A stretch of DNA of 64,000 nucleotides from positions 17,720,754-17,784,753 of the forward strand of contig OZ316896.1 of the NCBI GenBank assembly GCA_973895155.1, given 5' to 3'. This stretch comes from Marsupella aquatica. Taxonomy: Eukaryota > Plantae > Marchantiophyta. How positions within the stretch are numbered: the stretch's first letter is position 1; each line of letters opens with the position of its first letter. Positions 1 to 13,410 of this stretch are shown here, one piece after another. A program made the translations under genes and the position numbers. The notes below the pieces were generated by a model, which saw only the letters and a list, made by a program, of their open reading frames with translations, was not told the origin of the DNA and searched no databases.

Positions 1-525
1 GAACTACCCACCTCTGATCTACCCACTCCACCTTGGGATACAAGTCCCTCGCCAGTGGCAAAAACATCCGATTCGTCGTCGCGCGCTTCCCATCCAGCGC
101 CCCGGAACTCGCAAGCCACATGCTCCCAACGCACGTCGTGAGGACCGTCTTCACCCTCTTGCCTGCCTCCCCCTTCCCATCGACACCAAACGCCTCTTTC
201 AGGAACCTGTCGGCAGCCTCCGGGCGATGCGATGGCAGCGGGCCGCCAATGAACAGGATGTCGAGGTCGCGAGGGCAGGAGTCGTACGTCACGGTGGGAA
301 CAATGTGCATCGACGGGGTCATGAAGGTGGGGGAGAGAGAAGACGAAATGTAGTGGAAGACCATGGCAACGGCGTTGGCCTTTTGAAGTTCGAGAGGCTA
401 GGCGGTGCTATGGGTTCGATTGCTTCGGCGTATTCGGTGGAGATGTTGCCGATGATGTCGATGCAGGTAATGTCGCTCACCTGGACAGCTTCCATCATGA
501 CGCCGATTTGCAGCGGGGGTGCCAT
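1..525 (-). pseudogene. DJ-1/PfpI (ThiJ) family gene, copy 1; frameshifted, runs off the window edge
   Basis: ATG at 525 reads MAPPLQIGVMMEAVQVSDITCIDIIGNISTEYAEAIEPIAPPSLSN, nearly identical to copy 2. At ~381-384 the minus strand reads AAC TTC AAAAGG CC versus AAC ATC AAG GCC in copy 2 (+2 nt), shifting the frame. Downstream sequence stays homologous to copy 2. A homopolymer assembly error is possible. Confidence 0.8.
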
Positions 526-638
526 GATTGTGAGTGCAGGATTTTCAGAGAAGTGGCAAGCTTTGATCTGCTCGTGTAAAGAGTAGACTAGAAAAGGGAT
601 ATTAAAGGACAATGAGGTGCCCAGATGGAGATGGCTGG

Positions 639-645
639 ATTTATA
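639..645 (-). promoter_or_regulatory. TATA box of DJ-1/PfpI copy 1
   Basis: TATAAAT ~115-120 nt upstream of the ATG, in the same context (CTATAAATCCAGCC) in all three paralogs. Confidence 0.55.
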
Positions 646-3600
646 GATAGGGCTGGTTCTTGAAGCTTGTGCGTAGAACAAGTGTACCCCAAGCCTTCCT
701 GAGGGCCACGTTCTGTTGCTCATCTCTGTCAATTCTTGGACTTGCTTCCTGCTGGAGAAGGTTCGTTGGAAGGGAACCCTCTGGAGGTCAGAATTTGTGA
801 CAGCATTGCTAACATTTGGGGACGTCTCATATTACTGTACAGTATATCAATCTTGATATCAATCATGCAGACTGAATGGAGAAATTTAGTGTCACGATTA
901 GGCGGGCGATTAGGCAAGGTGTGTAAAAGCATGCTGTGAATATTGGTAGGTTCGGTGATCCAGAGAGTCCATCCAAAATAAAGATCTAGCTCCTGGGATT
1001 GCAATTCTTTCATTTTTTAGAGGGAGATTACTATCTATGATCCAAATGCATCTCATTAAAAATCAGATTCTCCCAAAGTAAGTAGAGTCGAGTAGATCCA
1101 TCGGTTTTTCACTGGCCAAAGAGAAACCAAAGTTCCCGACAGCTACTGTAGATTTTTACTCAAGCCCACATTCGCAGCTAGTACTATACATCAAGGGAAT
1201 AAAAAACTCACCTCTTCCTGTCGAAGATTTTGTATGATGTGGACAGACAGGAATGTTTACTAATGAGGAGAGTATGGCTGGCTGGCAAGTCACAGGAGCG
1301 TTTCTTAATGCCTTTTAATTTTGGCTGACTTTTTCATTTCTAAGACTTCATAGCACTGGTGAGTTCGCTAACCAAACGAGGAGTCCCTAAATTGGATTTT
1401 AGTAGAGAAAGACACAAAAGCTAAGATATTAAAACCTAGGGACTAAGATTGCTAGTGAAAGGGTGTATATTAGGGATTTTTCCTATTACAAGAAAAGAAA
1501 TATGTTACTCTGAGGATTTTTTTTTCCTCGCAACAAGGATTTTTTTTTCTGTTTGCTCGGACGCTGGAACTACCCGTCTTGTCCTGTGACTTGAGATCTA
1601 GATACAACGAGCCAGAATACCCAAGCTCTGCTCACGAAGTGCAGAACATAGAACAAGAAAGGAAAAGAAAAAGTGAAACCCATGAAGAAAAATGCAGTCG
1701 TGTTCCCCAACGGGTTACACCCCCTGCTACAATACTCTTTGCCATTAGTGGGAGAGGTACTGCAATGGTTCATCGAACGTCACCAAGACGTGATAGTAAT
1801 TAGCGGTATTTGCAAAACCGGCAGTAGTACTTCAAGATTGAGTAATTAATCTATGCCAAATCAACTCTTGCCAGTCTCTTTTACCATGAAAATTCCACAG
1901 AATAAGTCGACTACCAGAAGCTTTGTACCATTTGAAACCAATAGAGGGGGACAAAGCCCGAGAGGCAAGCATGATTGTGCTTCTTCAATCTCCATTCTCT
2001 TGTTTGGCTAGAATTATCAAGCATCGTTTGTAGCTTACTCCAGTAGAAGCATCACCCCATTCACTTCATCACCTCACTGTTCTCGATGCACTACCATTAT
2101 GCCTCTCCTGCTGTTTGCTTCTCTCCGAAGCCTTCTGGGGCCCACCATTTTGACCTTGGATCCAATTGTGGGGTTTCCTTCTTGTCAAAGGCTTCTGGGG
2201 CCCCACCTATTTGACCCTCGATGTACTGTGCTTACTTGTGGTTTCCTTCATTGAGAAGGCTTCTGGGGCCCACCTGTATGATACTTCATGAGAAATCAAA
2301 TGCTGTTGAGCCCGATAACTAGGACTGTATCTCAAGCAATGTACAGTTGGTTCACCTCAAAACATGTTCATACAGCCTTTTTAAATTGGCTAAAATTTGC
2401 ATAATTTATCCCAAGGGAATGTTTTAAATTTGGCCGTATCCTGAGAAAATATTAACCCAGTATACACCAAGGGGTTTGCTGTGAAACCCCCATGGACATC
2501 CAAAATTGGGAGGGACTACCTGAGGACATAATGCCCAGATAGCATACTTTATAGTTCTGATAGAAATGTAACCTTAAACCCGGTTCCTGACCATTTGCAG
2601 CCGGTTTCCATTAGTTTGCATGATGGCTTCTCCCAAGGGGCCTCACTCGGAGGTGTGGCCGCTGATGGCATGTCCCACTTTCATTGTACTGTGCTCTCCG
2701 AAAAGCCGATGTCGTCGAGAATTAAAATTTATGAGAGGAGTGGTGGCCTATGCTGAAGTTTGGGGAAAATTTGCCTTGTAATCAACTTGGAATGTCTGAA
2801 TTCTTACTCAGGTTGAAGTGAAAAAGAACAAAACTAAGTTTAAGCTTAAATGAAAGAGACAGGAGAAGAATAAAGAAGCTGGCCTAAGTTAAGAAGGTTT
2901 TACGAGAATTTACCTGGTGACAACACGTGGCAGCTTGTGGTTCAAACTGCATAACGACAGTTGAGCCGCGCACATTTGTAAGTGTTGTTGAGAAATTTTT
3001 GTAGTGAAGAGCTCGGGGCTTGTGAGCGAAAGCGTGTCGGTCATTTTTGTTGATTGTTGTGTGGTGGTTGTCGTTGCGGATGTTGAGTATGGTGAGGAGG
3101 GGAAGAAAATTTGAGAGGGGAGATTTGACGAAGTAAGCTATGGGGAATGTTGCGCGCGGTGTAGGGAACGTGGATGGTATTTGTGGGGAAGAACTGTTCA
3201 AGTAGATCGAGGAGTGCAAATTGAGTCGTTCGGAAGATTGCTGTTTGTGTGTGTGTGTGGTAGATCCGAGGGAAGGAGGTGTGCTTGGAGGCAGAGAGAC
3301 GTCGTGCCTTGGGCCCTCACTCCGTGTAAAAGAAGTGGACCCCCTTGCGATTGGGCCCTCTTCTTGTTTACCCCTTTTTATTTTCATTTTACTAGTATAA
3401 AAGTTCCCTTATTATTGGTAATAATTATAATTATTAGTTCAAAATGAATAAAAACTATTGTTCGAGCATTCGCACGTCCTCCTCATATTAGTTAAGACAA
3501 AGGGTCCGGGACGTCGTGTGCTGAGGAGAAGAAACTTAAGTAGAGATATCGGGCAGCGGAGGTCGAGGATAATATGATCATTTACGGTTGAAATGCATGG

Positions 3601-3825
3601 TGAAAAGAGTAGAGCGTTGTCTTGTGAGAAGTAGAAGTGATGGAGGAGCTTTGGGGGGAAAACGAAAGTTAAAAAGCAGAGGGCTATGGTGGATAAGGAG
3701 ATCAGGGAAGTGATTGAGAATAAAGAGGGCGAGTGCTTGGCAGGAGGAAAAATGAGTGATAATGAATGGCAGTAAGGAGGCAAAGATCGTGCAATGGAGG
3801 TCGTAAGTATTAGAAAAGGTTTAAT

Positions 3826-3885
3826 TGGTAGGCCACCATCCAAAGTGGTAGGCCACCGTCCAAAGTTGTAGGCCACCGTCCAAAG
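3826..3885. repeat. 20-bp tandem repeat x3 (TGGTAGGCCACCRTCCAAAG)
   Basis: Three near-identical adjacent units read directly. Confidence 0.9.
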
Positions 3886-3918
3886 TTAGTGACTTCAATT
3901 AGACCATGAGGTGAGCTA

Positions 3919-5417
3919 TGTTATAGGCACATGTGAGGGAATATGTGGCATGAGTGAATACACAATATTCTTGTTTGACTTGACCAGGCATCCAAGGGGA
4001 TGCCTCTCCATGTATAAAACCCCTCACTACTCAATGACAATCACACCGCATTTCCACATTCTTGGGCTCATGGATTTCCAACATGGTATCAAAGCCTTGT
4101 TGTGTTACTTTTGAATTGTGGGACTTCATATTTCTTATAAGGAGAGGAGAGTTGGTCTAGAGAGAGGATTCCTCCTCTAGAACTTCTTGAATCAAATTTG
4201 AAGAAACAAGAATTGGACTCAATTCCCTACTGATTGATGAGAAAGTTTTTTTGAGCACCTACGTTGGGCTGCAAGACAGTTTTTTTTTTTTTTTGGGGGG
4301 GGGGGGGCAGTTGAGGCCAAATCTAAGCACAATTAATTAGAGGGCATTTCAGAAGGAGCAGAGTTTGTCAAATTCACCTTTTGGGAGAGAGGACGCTTGA
4401 TCTCAAATTTGGTTTTTGGCATTTTGAGAATGTGACAAGGCAGATGCAACGGAGAGCTTTCCAAGTAGGCCATCTGCGGTGAGCAACAATAGAAGTGTTC
4501 TATTGTGAATGCATTGCTTTTTGTAGTGGTCAGGAAGATTTCTTGCAGTGGGCAAGAAGATTATTGGATAGTGATCCAGTCAAAGGCGTTGGTCCTTTTC
4601 TAGTGAGCAACGGCTCAACATGACGTCAAACATGAAGATCCCAAAGTTTGATGACACATATTTCCAAGTGTGGAAAAGAAAATTGACTTTGAGTTTCAAA
4701 GATGAGAAGCTGATGGGAATTGTTGATGGTACTAGCCAAAATATGAATTAGAAGAGTGGGATCACAAAGACAACAAGGCACTTCAAATTCTGACACAAGA
4801 CATGGAGAATTCACAAACATATCATATAAGTAGTGCTAAGACTACTTGCGGAAGCATGGTCAACACTTCTCAACATGTTTGAAGCAAGTGATGCCATAAC
4901 CAAGATAAATCTTCCTGACAAGTTGGCCACTCTCAAGATGAAGGAAGGAGAAAGCGTCATAAAACATGTACATGCTTTAAGAGGGCTTTTGGAGAAACTT
5001 AATGCAGCGGGAGCACCAGTGTCAGATGAGGATGCACGATTGGCACTCATGAGGAGCATGCCTCAAAGTTGGAGGGGGGAAATTATTCCTCTAAGGAGAT
5101 ATACAACTCTTACTCTTTTGTCCTTGATTGCATATCTATTGCAAGAGGAAACGATGCAAAAAACAAAGGAGATGGTAGGGTTGACAACAACACTTTACAT
5201 TGACTCAAGGCTAGGGAAATCCACCATCTCACAAGGTAATAATTTTGGAAAGGCAAGCACCTCCCCAAAACCCCCGCAAAAACCATGGAAGGAAAAAGCT
5301 TCCAAGATGAAATGTCATTTTTGTAAACGAAAAGGACATTTTATTCACGACTGTAGAGCAAGGACAACAAAGGAGGGAAATGATGCAAAGAAGGTTCAAG
5401 CGAACTCAGTCATATGA
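3919..5417 (+). mobile_element. Truncated Ty1/Copia retrotransposon: 5' LTR, PBS and gag remnant
   Basis: TG...CA segment 3919-4083 with TATAAAA, followed by the tRNA-iMet PBS TGGTATCAAAGCC (4084-4096). ORF 4833-5417 has the Copia gag motif (LKMKEGESVIKHV) and a CCHC knuckle (CHFCKRKGHFIHDC). No pol or 3' LTR seen. Confidence 0.85.
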
Positions 5418-8400
5418 CAAGTTGCTACTCATGCACAAACTTCCCAAAAGTGGTAACTAAGTCACTGCTCATACGCAAATCACTTAGGGCATACTTCACA
5501 AAATGGAAAGTTCAGTAGACAATTTGTTTATAACCTTGGACCATTTTTGTGCTCATATGCAATTATGAAACAATTGATCTCAGAAAATTCTCCAACTTTG
5601 TGAGCTAATACATTGGACATCAACTTCGCCAAGCTTAGATAATTTGAGTTTAAACAAAGATCCAAAAATTGTCCAAATAAATAAATGCATGACTTCCAAA
5701 ATCCAACGTAATGTTTACAATTGGCCAGGGCACCTGAAAAATTACTCGGGGCATCATTTGCAAATTGAACCATCAATCTGAAAGCAGCTGGTACATGCCT
5801 ATTTTGGGTGACTGTAAAGTGAGGCACTGTGTTAAAGAGTTCATGGGGATGGGCAAATTATTCTGTGGACCCCTTGTTGATCCAAGGAATGGGTGTCCAG
5901 ACGATCAAGCTCTATAACCATTTCATTACCTTGGTTGAAAGTTTTAGGGGAACGACATGTGCACTTTTATCCGGCTCAATTTGCAAAACGGGACCGAATC
6001 TATCCAATTGGGGCCATACTATGTTCCTATGGCCATCTCGTAAATTGTGAATTTGGGGAGGACTTATTTATTGTACATCTAAATAAATATAACTTGTTCC
6101 TGTTAAAAATTTCAATCTGCCTTCAAAATGAAACTTTCAAGAGCCTTGGCGAGCACAAGTTTTGGTAATTTCTTCTTGTCTTGTAGATTTCAAGTGTGCT
6201 TGAGTTTGTTGCATGGTTTGGCAGAAACAGTGAGCTGCATGACTCTTTTGATTGTCATAGACAGACCTAAAATACTCTGGTCATAGATGTACCTTTTGGT
6301 TCCAATAGAGCTTTGTCACTTGTAACTTTCCATTTCTCTAATATATATGTGAGAAGTCAACAACCTGAGTTTAGTCAATGCCTCGCCTTGATCTGTTGAC
6401 AGTGACTCAACTCCGGTAGCTATGCTTTGACTGTCCAGTTCGAATCCCTTGTCCACGGTTACTGCTATGTGAAATGAATCAGGTCAAAGGTAGAGTCTAG
6501 CTCGAGAAGTTAACTCCGATGAAATTGCAGATGAACTACGTTAATTAAACTATGCACCTTCTGGAAATTCAAGATCACCCAAGGCAGATAGGCTGATGCC
6601 ATAATTTTTGCAGACAACCTCAGTCTAATGATTGCCTCTGTCCCGGATATTGGAAGTGAAAGTAAAGTGCTATTGGATACAGATCGATGGGAATGGTTGT
6701 AGAGTAGTGTCTATAGTAGGTAGTGAAAATGCGTGCTTTGCAGTGGACAAGGTAGACTGAGGTATGAAATCCATATATGTAAAGGCTGAAGATACCTTTG
6801 TATTCAATCATCACATTTCATCTTTCCACTAAACTACTACAATTCGATGTCCAACCAAACGTGTCGCAACCTGCTTCCTGCTGAAGATTACTAGTGTTAC
6901 TATGCTTGAGAGACAGTTGACTCATCTTGAAGCTTTCCACTGAATAATTTGAGAGCCGACAAGAGAAAAAGTTTCCGGATTAACAACACATTTGCAACTT
7001 TTTTTGTGTAACATTACAATGTCGGGTCAAAATGGTACACCATACACATATAAGCAAAGTCTATCTACCCACGAATCCTCTGCCTTATTCTCTCACAAGT
7101 AAAAAACTAAGAGCTTATGTCCTTGCAATTGGAACCCAGTAAAGTATTGAGTTTCTTTCAACCCTTAGTGATAACTAAGAGCTGAGATTTTCATTCAGGG
7201 GAATCAATCTACCCTGAAACCCTCACCAATTCCTCTCTCCAATCTTCATCTTCAAGCTGTTAAATTTTGTGCCCTCCTCTTAAGTTATCTATAGTAAGTT
7301 TTAAAGCTTAGCTACAATCCCTGATATGATCAAGTTCTTTTTCATCTTCAATGGACAGGCACATCCAATTTAAATGTAGAGAGATATTTCTGAGTGGTAC
7401 TATGTACAGATTGGTGACTTTATCTCCAAAATTTCTGTGCCTCAGGTGTCCAACAAGCATGACAACAACATTTGAGGTAAATATGTTGAGTGTATGGTGA
7501 GGTGTATGGACCTGATAATATTGCCCGTAATATTGACGTATTTGAAGGTCGCTTCAGCAGAACAAACAACAGCACCCGTCCGGAAAAGAGACTTCAACCT
7601 ACCTCGTAAGCTTCTCCCTCACATGCATCATATCCTGCAGTTCTGGTAGCTGCAAATCACGAGCAAGACAGTTTGCTTAGGAGATGCTCAACCTTCTCAC
7701 ATTGCAATCTCAACCTACACCTCAATTCTGGAGAGAGTTGAAGAGAGTTCAAAACAGAACTTCGAGCTACGAGCAAAGTAGCATTCTACCACGTCACTCG
7801 GTAAACCTGTGCATACTATCCGTCTATCGAAAACAATAAACCTGTACTGTATGAGTGCAAAAAAAATCAAAATTAAGAGTTGGTTACAGATTTGGCAACC
7901 GTTTTCTTTTTTGCCAGAATTGAGAGTTTATTTTATATTTTAAAATTCAATAAAAAATGAAAACACAATTTATAAATGATTACTTTTAATATGACAAAAA
8001 TGCAAATGTTAAAAACATGGTTATGTTTAAGAGAAGACCCATCTCATTCTTTGTATTTGTGTTATTTTTATTACTGCTTTTACTCTTAGTTTTGGCAACA
8101 CACTAAATGTTACGCAAAACCGACCCAAACACGACTGGGGGCGGTTTGTTTTTCTCACAAACACGTCTAGTCCTGTTTGTCTATGTCCACACTGATGTGG
8201 CGCACTCCTGTGCCAGAGAATTTGCAAGAAACCCCTCATTGGGGTCTGTAAAGAGAGCCCTCAGTCCATCCTAGCATAATTTGTCTATGCTGAAAGCATG
8301 ATTGTGTGTGCTGAGGAGAACTAGTGAGGGTTGACTGTACATGCTCACAACCCCCTTCCCATGAGGCTGTTGGGTTGACTGCCATTGTCCTCCCAGAACA

Positions 8401-9716
8401 ATGTGTCTGATCTACACCTCTTCCTTACAAACCTGCCTGTTGTGTGCCAAGTAACCAGCTGCTGGGCAGGATGTGTCTTCTGATGCATTGAAGGTGCCCC
8501 GGGAAGGTGCCTGGAAGGTTCAATTCCCCTGCCAAGAATTACTCCCCATTTGCTGATATTGCTTTTATGGTTTAGTTCAGCTGTTTGTTATACATGACCC
8601 TATTTTTTCTCAGCTTGTTCTTCCTACTGGCTGTGGTTTAAACTTGCCAAAATTTTCTGATAGACACCCTAGATATGTCACGACCCCGTCCTTATGCATG
8701 GATCTGACTACTTGCGCAAATCATACCTTCATTGGGTGGCGCAAGATCACCACCCGTCCCAAGACATGGATCCGTGAGGTCACCACCTCTTCCTAGGCAA
8801 CATTTGCAATTATGGGCAGTTGCCAGAGTGACAGTTTCGAGCAGGGTAATTTGGAGTACAAATTTGCGACCTTGAGAACCCAAGCTTAAGTCTGTTATAG
8901 TTGGTAACTATCTCGAACACAGAAGATGATGACTTGCATTTTTCTTATGACAGATTCACACCTTCTCTACATTATCTCTGTTTCTTCTATAATTCCCTTG
9001 GAGAGACATCTATCTACCTCATGTCAGACTATTTCCATGCTTGAAATCATACAATATATTTCAGACAGGAAGAGGTGAGTTTTTTCTTCCCTTGATGTAT
9101 AGTACTACAGTAGTTCTGAATGTAGGCTTTGAGTAAAAACCTACAGCGCCTGTCTGGGAACTTTAGTTTAGACTTCTTTAGTTTCTCTTTGGCCACTGAA
9201 AGAGAAAACCCATGAATCTACTCTACAATACTTATTTTACGAGAATCTGATTTTAAATGAAATGCATTTGGATCCTTGGTAAGTTGGACTCTACAATACT
9301 GATTTTACGAGAATCTGATTTTAAATGAAATCCAATGGGATCATTGGTAAGTTGGAATCTCCTACTAAAAAGTGAAAGAATTGTACTCCCACGAGCTAAA
9401 TCTTTATTTGGGATGGACTCGCCGAACCTGCCACTATTCGCAGCATGCTTTACATCCGACTAGTGACACTAAATTGCTCCATTCAGTCTGCATAATTGAT
9501 ATCGAGATTGATGTACTATACTGTACAGGAATGTGAGACGTCCCCAAATCTTAGCAATGCTGTCACGAATCCTGACCTACAGAGGATTCCTTCCAACGAA
9601 CCTTCTCCAGCAGGACGAAGTGCCAGGAATGACAGGTATTGACAGGAATGATGACAACACAACCGGGCCCTCAGGTGGGCTTGGGGTCCCCACAAGCTTC
9701 AAGAACCAGCACTTTC

Positions 9717-9723
9717 TATAAAT
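9717..9723 (+). promoter_or_regulatory. TATA box of DJ-1/PfpI copy 2
   Basis: TATAAAT ~115-120 nt upstream of ATG 9838, conserved in the paralogs. Confidence 0.55.
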
Positions 9724-9837
9724 CCAGCCCATCTCCTTCTGGGCACCTCATTGTCCTCTGGTTTCCCTGATCTACTCAACTCTTTACACCAGAACCCCAA
9801 AGCCCGTCGCTTCTCTGAAAATCCTACATTCACAATC

Positions 9838-10682
9838 ATGACACCCCCGCTGCAAATCGGCGTCATGATGGAAGCTGTCCAGGTGAGCGACATTACCTGC
9901 ATCGACATCATCGGCAACATCTCCACCGAATACGCCGAAGCAATCGAACCCATAGCACCGCCTAGCCTCTCGAACATCAAGGCCAACGCCGTTGCCATGG
10001 TCTTCCACTACATTTCGTCGTCTCTCTCCCCCACCTTCATGACCCCGTCGATGCACATTGTTCCCACCGTGACGTACGACTCCTGCCCTCGTGACCTCGA
10101 CATCCTGTTCATTGGGGGCCCGCTGCCGTCGCATCGCCCGGAGGCTGCCGACAGGTTCCTGAAAGAGGCGTTTGGTGTGGATGGCAAGGGAGAGGCAGGC
10201 AAGAGGGTGAAGACGGTCCTCACGACGTGCGTTGGGAGCATGTGGCTTGCGAGTTCCGGGGCGCTGGATGGGAAGCGCGCGACGACGAATCGGATGTTTT
10301 TGCCACTGGCAAGGGACTTGTATCCCAAGGTGGAGTGGGTAGATCAGAGGTGGGTGGTTCATGAGGATGGGGATGGGAGGTTCTGGACGAGTGGAGGGGC
10401 GACTGCGGGTGAGTTAATTTTGTGAATTGATTGTCTGAGTCTGTTTCGCATTTTGTGTGTCATTGTTTTGTTTCTCGACGCGTCGATGTTGAGCGCCGGC
10501 TGGCTTTGGATCGAACGGATCGAGGATATCCACATGTCACTACTGACCTTAGTTGTATCTCTATAGGAAGTGATATGGTGGCGCATTACGCGTTGCAGAC
10601 TTTTCATAAGGAGACGGTGGCGTCTTCGCTCGAGCTGCTGGATTTGGATCCTGATACGAGAGGACAGTTTTACCGGTCTTGA
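9838..10682 (+). CDS. DJ-1/PfpI (ThiJ, class I glutamine amidotransferase-like) protein, copy 2; exons 9838-10408 and 10567-10682, 228 aa
   Basis: Motifs LDILFIGGP, nucleophile elbow TTCVGS, LASSGALDGKRATTN, VEWVDQRWV and FWTSGGATAG. GT-AG intron 10409-10566 joins in frame to SDMVAHY...YRS*. Confidence 0.9.
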
Positions 10683-13410
10683 GCTCCAATGCAAGCGAAC
10701 TCTATGGCTAGTCTTTGCTAGTTTGAGTTGAGTACCAGAGTGCAACGCGAAATAGCGCAATACAGCTGCCCGAAATCCATTCTCTGTCGAGAATAATTCT
10801 TGAGGGAAATGCTCACCAATAAATAGTAGTTTCGTGTAATTCATACTTCAATTTAATTCAACGTTGTATTAGTCGTCTGGAATCTACAAAGCAAACATCA
10901 CATTCGGGATCCCATTTCACAAGGTTTCGCAAATTGGCAATCCTTCTTCTCATGATACGTAAGGTGTCTACCGAAGGTCGTTGTCACAGGAGAAGATACA
11001 TTAAACTGCACTGAGCTGAGAGAAAGGATGGACACAGTGGACTGTGAAGCCCATGTTATTGTCGTGTACCTCCGCCAATGAACCTCCTGATATAGTTTTC
11101 ACTTCGAACTCAACTGACCAAAATACACAGTTCACTGATCTGCGCAGAGCCCCTCAACATTTTCACCGAACTGACTAAATTAAAATAAGGCGTTGATCGA
11201 GGCTCGATTGCGGACGTTGCTTGGTTCAGATGCCGTGAAGGTTTACAGTCAAGACTCAATTGTACCTTTGTAAAATTTACTATTGTCTTTGTGTTAATGA
11301 AGTCGATTGTTCATGCAAGACCAAAACCGAACTCCAAGGGGTGATCGATGATGCATGGCTACTCAAGATCTTTCCAAGCAGGCTCGAGCATCACTGCACT
11401 TCTGAATGCTGCGCAGTGTGCACTTCAAGTTCACTGAACACTTTGCACAGAAGTAAATTGCTAGTCAACAGGTAACTAGAGTACTTCACAAAAATATGGA
11501 TGTGTTTCTCCAGTATAGCGAATTGACCTGAGGCAATGGAGAATGTCAAAAGTTCTAAGACCCAAAAGTGATTCGAATCAGAAGAAAGTTTAGGGTGGTT
11601 TACGAGACCGAGCGGAACCCGTTGAGGCGGCCTAGTACTCGGGCCCAGCCTTTTGCCTTCCTTCTCACTGGACTACTGACCCTACTGTTTTGTCCCCACA
11701 AAGCGAATTCCTAAATAGTTTTCCGTTCATGCCTGGATTGGGGAGACTAGTTATTGTCAACTCTCAAATGAATCCTTCGCTACTTGAATTGAATTTGATT
11801 CTGTCTGTCTGTACTCCAGCTACGAGATGGATGTCATAATTTGAATCTCAAGGTCGAACAAAAATTAAACAAAAAAAAAACTTGATTTCTTCGAGGGATA
11901 AAGCAGGCGTACTGCAAACGCAAAACGAGCCCCATCCGAGAGAGACATATACAGATGCCAACCTGTTACCAAATCAGCTTTTAGAGCACAGTCGTAAGCG
12001 TCTTGAGTTAATGCATATTACAGTAGGTAGTACTGATTCCAGCTCGCAAGTGATTCCTTTAGTTGCTCGACTTAAAGTTGAGGTGGTATCTGAGGATTGA
12101 TTTCTCGACGCAACTCAGTGCTCGTTTAGGAGTTGTCTACCTAGTGTGTTCTTGTATCTGAACTTCACGAGGAAGGTTTCATCCCTGGTACGAATTCGTG
12201 ATGCCAATCAGTAAAAAGGAATAGACAAACATTTAGGAAGAATCTCCATGGTCAATTGCAAAAAACCATACAGTCACATCTCTGATTTTATTATATATTG
12301 AAAATTCATTTGATAGCTCTGCCTTGTTTAGACGAATCGGGACGGGTGAGCTACAAGCAAGTAGACTATCTCCGCAAATTTGCGCCGCTCCCCCTATATA
12401 TGCAAAATCCAATTTTGAAGCCAAAATGCATGAAGATTGTCGGGTGCAGGCCTTCGCCGTGATTTGCTCGCGGCAGTGGCGGATTCTCGACCGATTTTCA
12501 ATCCGACTCGTGCTCCAGTTCTCCCATCTGGAGCTGCAATTGCAAGCCGGGGTCGAGAGGATCAGACGACAAGTTTCGAAGGCGGAGCGCCGCGGTTTGA
12601 GCTCGCTAGCGAGCGAGAGAGCGAACCTTTACACAAAAGTACACCAGCACAATAACATGTATGTCTGCCTCATTGCACCCTCATTGCACCTGGACCGGCC
12701 TCTTTCCTTGCGTTTGTTCTCGTCAATTTGTAGTTGGAATATTGATTTTCTTTGTGGTCGACAAACTCCTCTACTGAGTGAACTCAACATCAAAGGTAGG
12801 CGTGTGTGTGTGAAAATTTGATCGATGGCCCTCCCTGCAATTGGCCTGCTCTAGTTTATCTAGTCCAACACAGCTGGCTCTCAACTTCCATTTCGTAGAT
12901 CAGCAATAGAGGTGCGACCTGGCGAGATCGGTGGTTCCAGGAGATGCAAATAATATTCTTGTTGGGCGTACATTGCGCGCTGGTTGTGAGCACGCGAGAC
13001 AGTTGATAACAAAGTGCTGCACCTGCGCGTCTACGGCGAACAGTTTGCCCACAACAGAGAGGAAATTAATTTTCCATACTCTTCTACACGTGATCACATC
13101 TAATTGCTTCTCTACTTCGTTGTTGATGACCATCGCAAACGTAGATAGCTTTCTTTACAATCAGATCAGGAAGCACTCGGTTACCTCATTCGACACACAG
13201 TTTGGAATCAGAGAAGTGGCTATTGTCTCCTATTTGCTGCTCGCCCTCGGTGGTATATTACTTCTTACTCGGAATTCTTCATACCGTGTGGCTCCATTGG
13301 CCATTTTATCCTCGTGGACTTTTAATTAGTGTATTCATTGTGAGCCTCGCTAGCTGAGATAGCATTTCTATCAATGTCTCCAAGCTGGTATCTTCTTTTT
13401 CTATTTCCAG

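Larger units (their letters stand above)
9040..13410 (+). repeat. Segmental duplication block A (DJ-1 copy 2 plus flanks), paralogous to ~16300-22787
   Basis: Colinear similarity: 9040-9838 vs 16320-17234; 10683-12300 vs 18062-19920; 12320-13410 vs 21845-22787. Boundaries are approximate. Confidence 0.85.

Noticed and set aside
2884-3876. ORFs 2884-3387 and 3439-3876
   Set aside because: Low-complexity, strand-biased sequence with no domain signal; probably repeat-derived
6410-6460. tRNA-like GTTCGAATCCC motif (also GGTTCAATTCCC near 8517)
   Set aside because: No cloverleaf, acceptor stem or convincing A box could be built
9751-9837. N-terminal extensions of the DJ-1 ORFs (9751, 17078, 732 starts)
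   Set aside because: Non-ATG starts; two of them run through the conserved TATA box; the extensions are not conserved across all copies
9784-10362. Long antisense ORFs over the DJ-1 genes (also 17351-17965, 33-353, 227-586)
   Set aside because: Shadow frames of GC-rich coding sequence with no recognisable motifs
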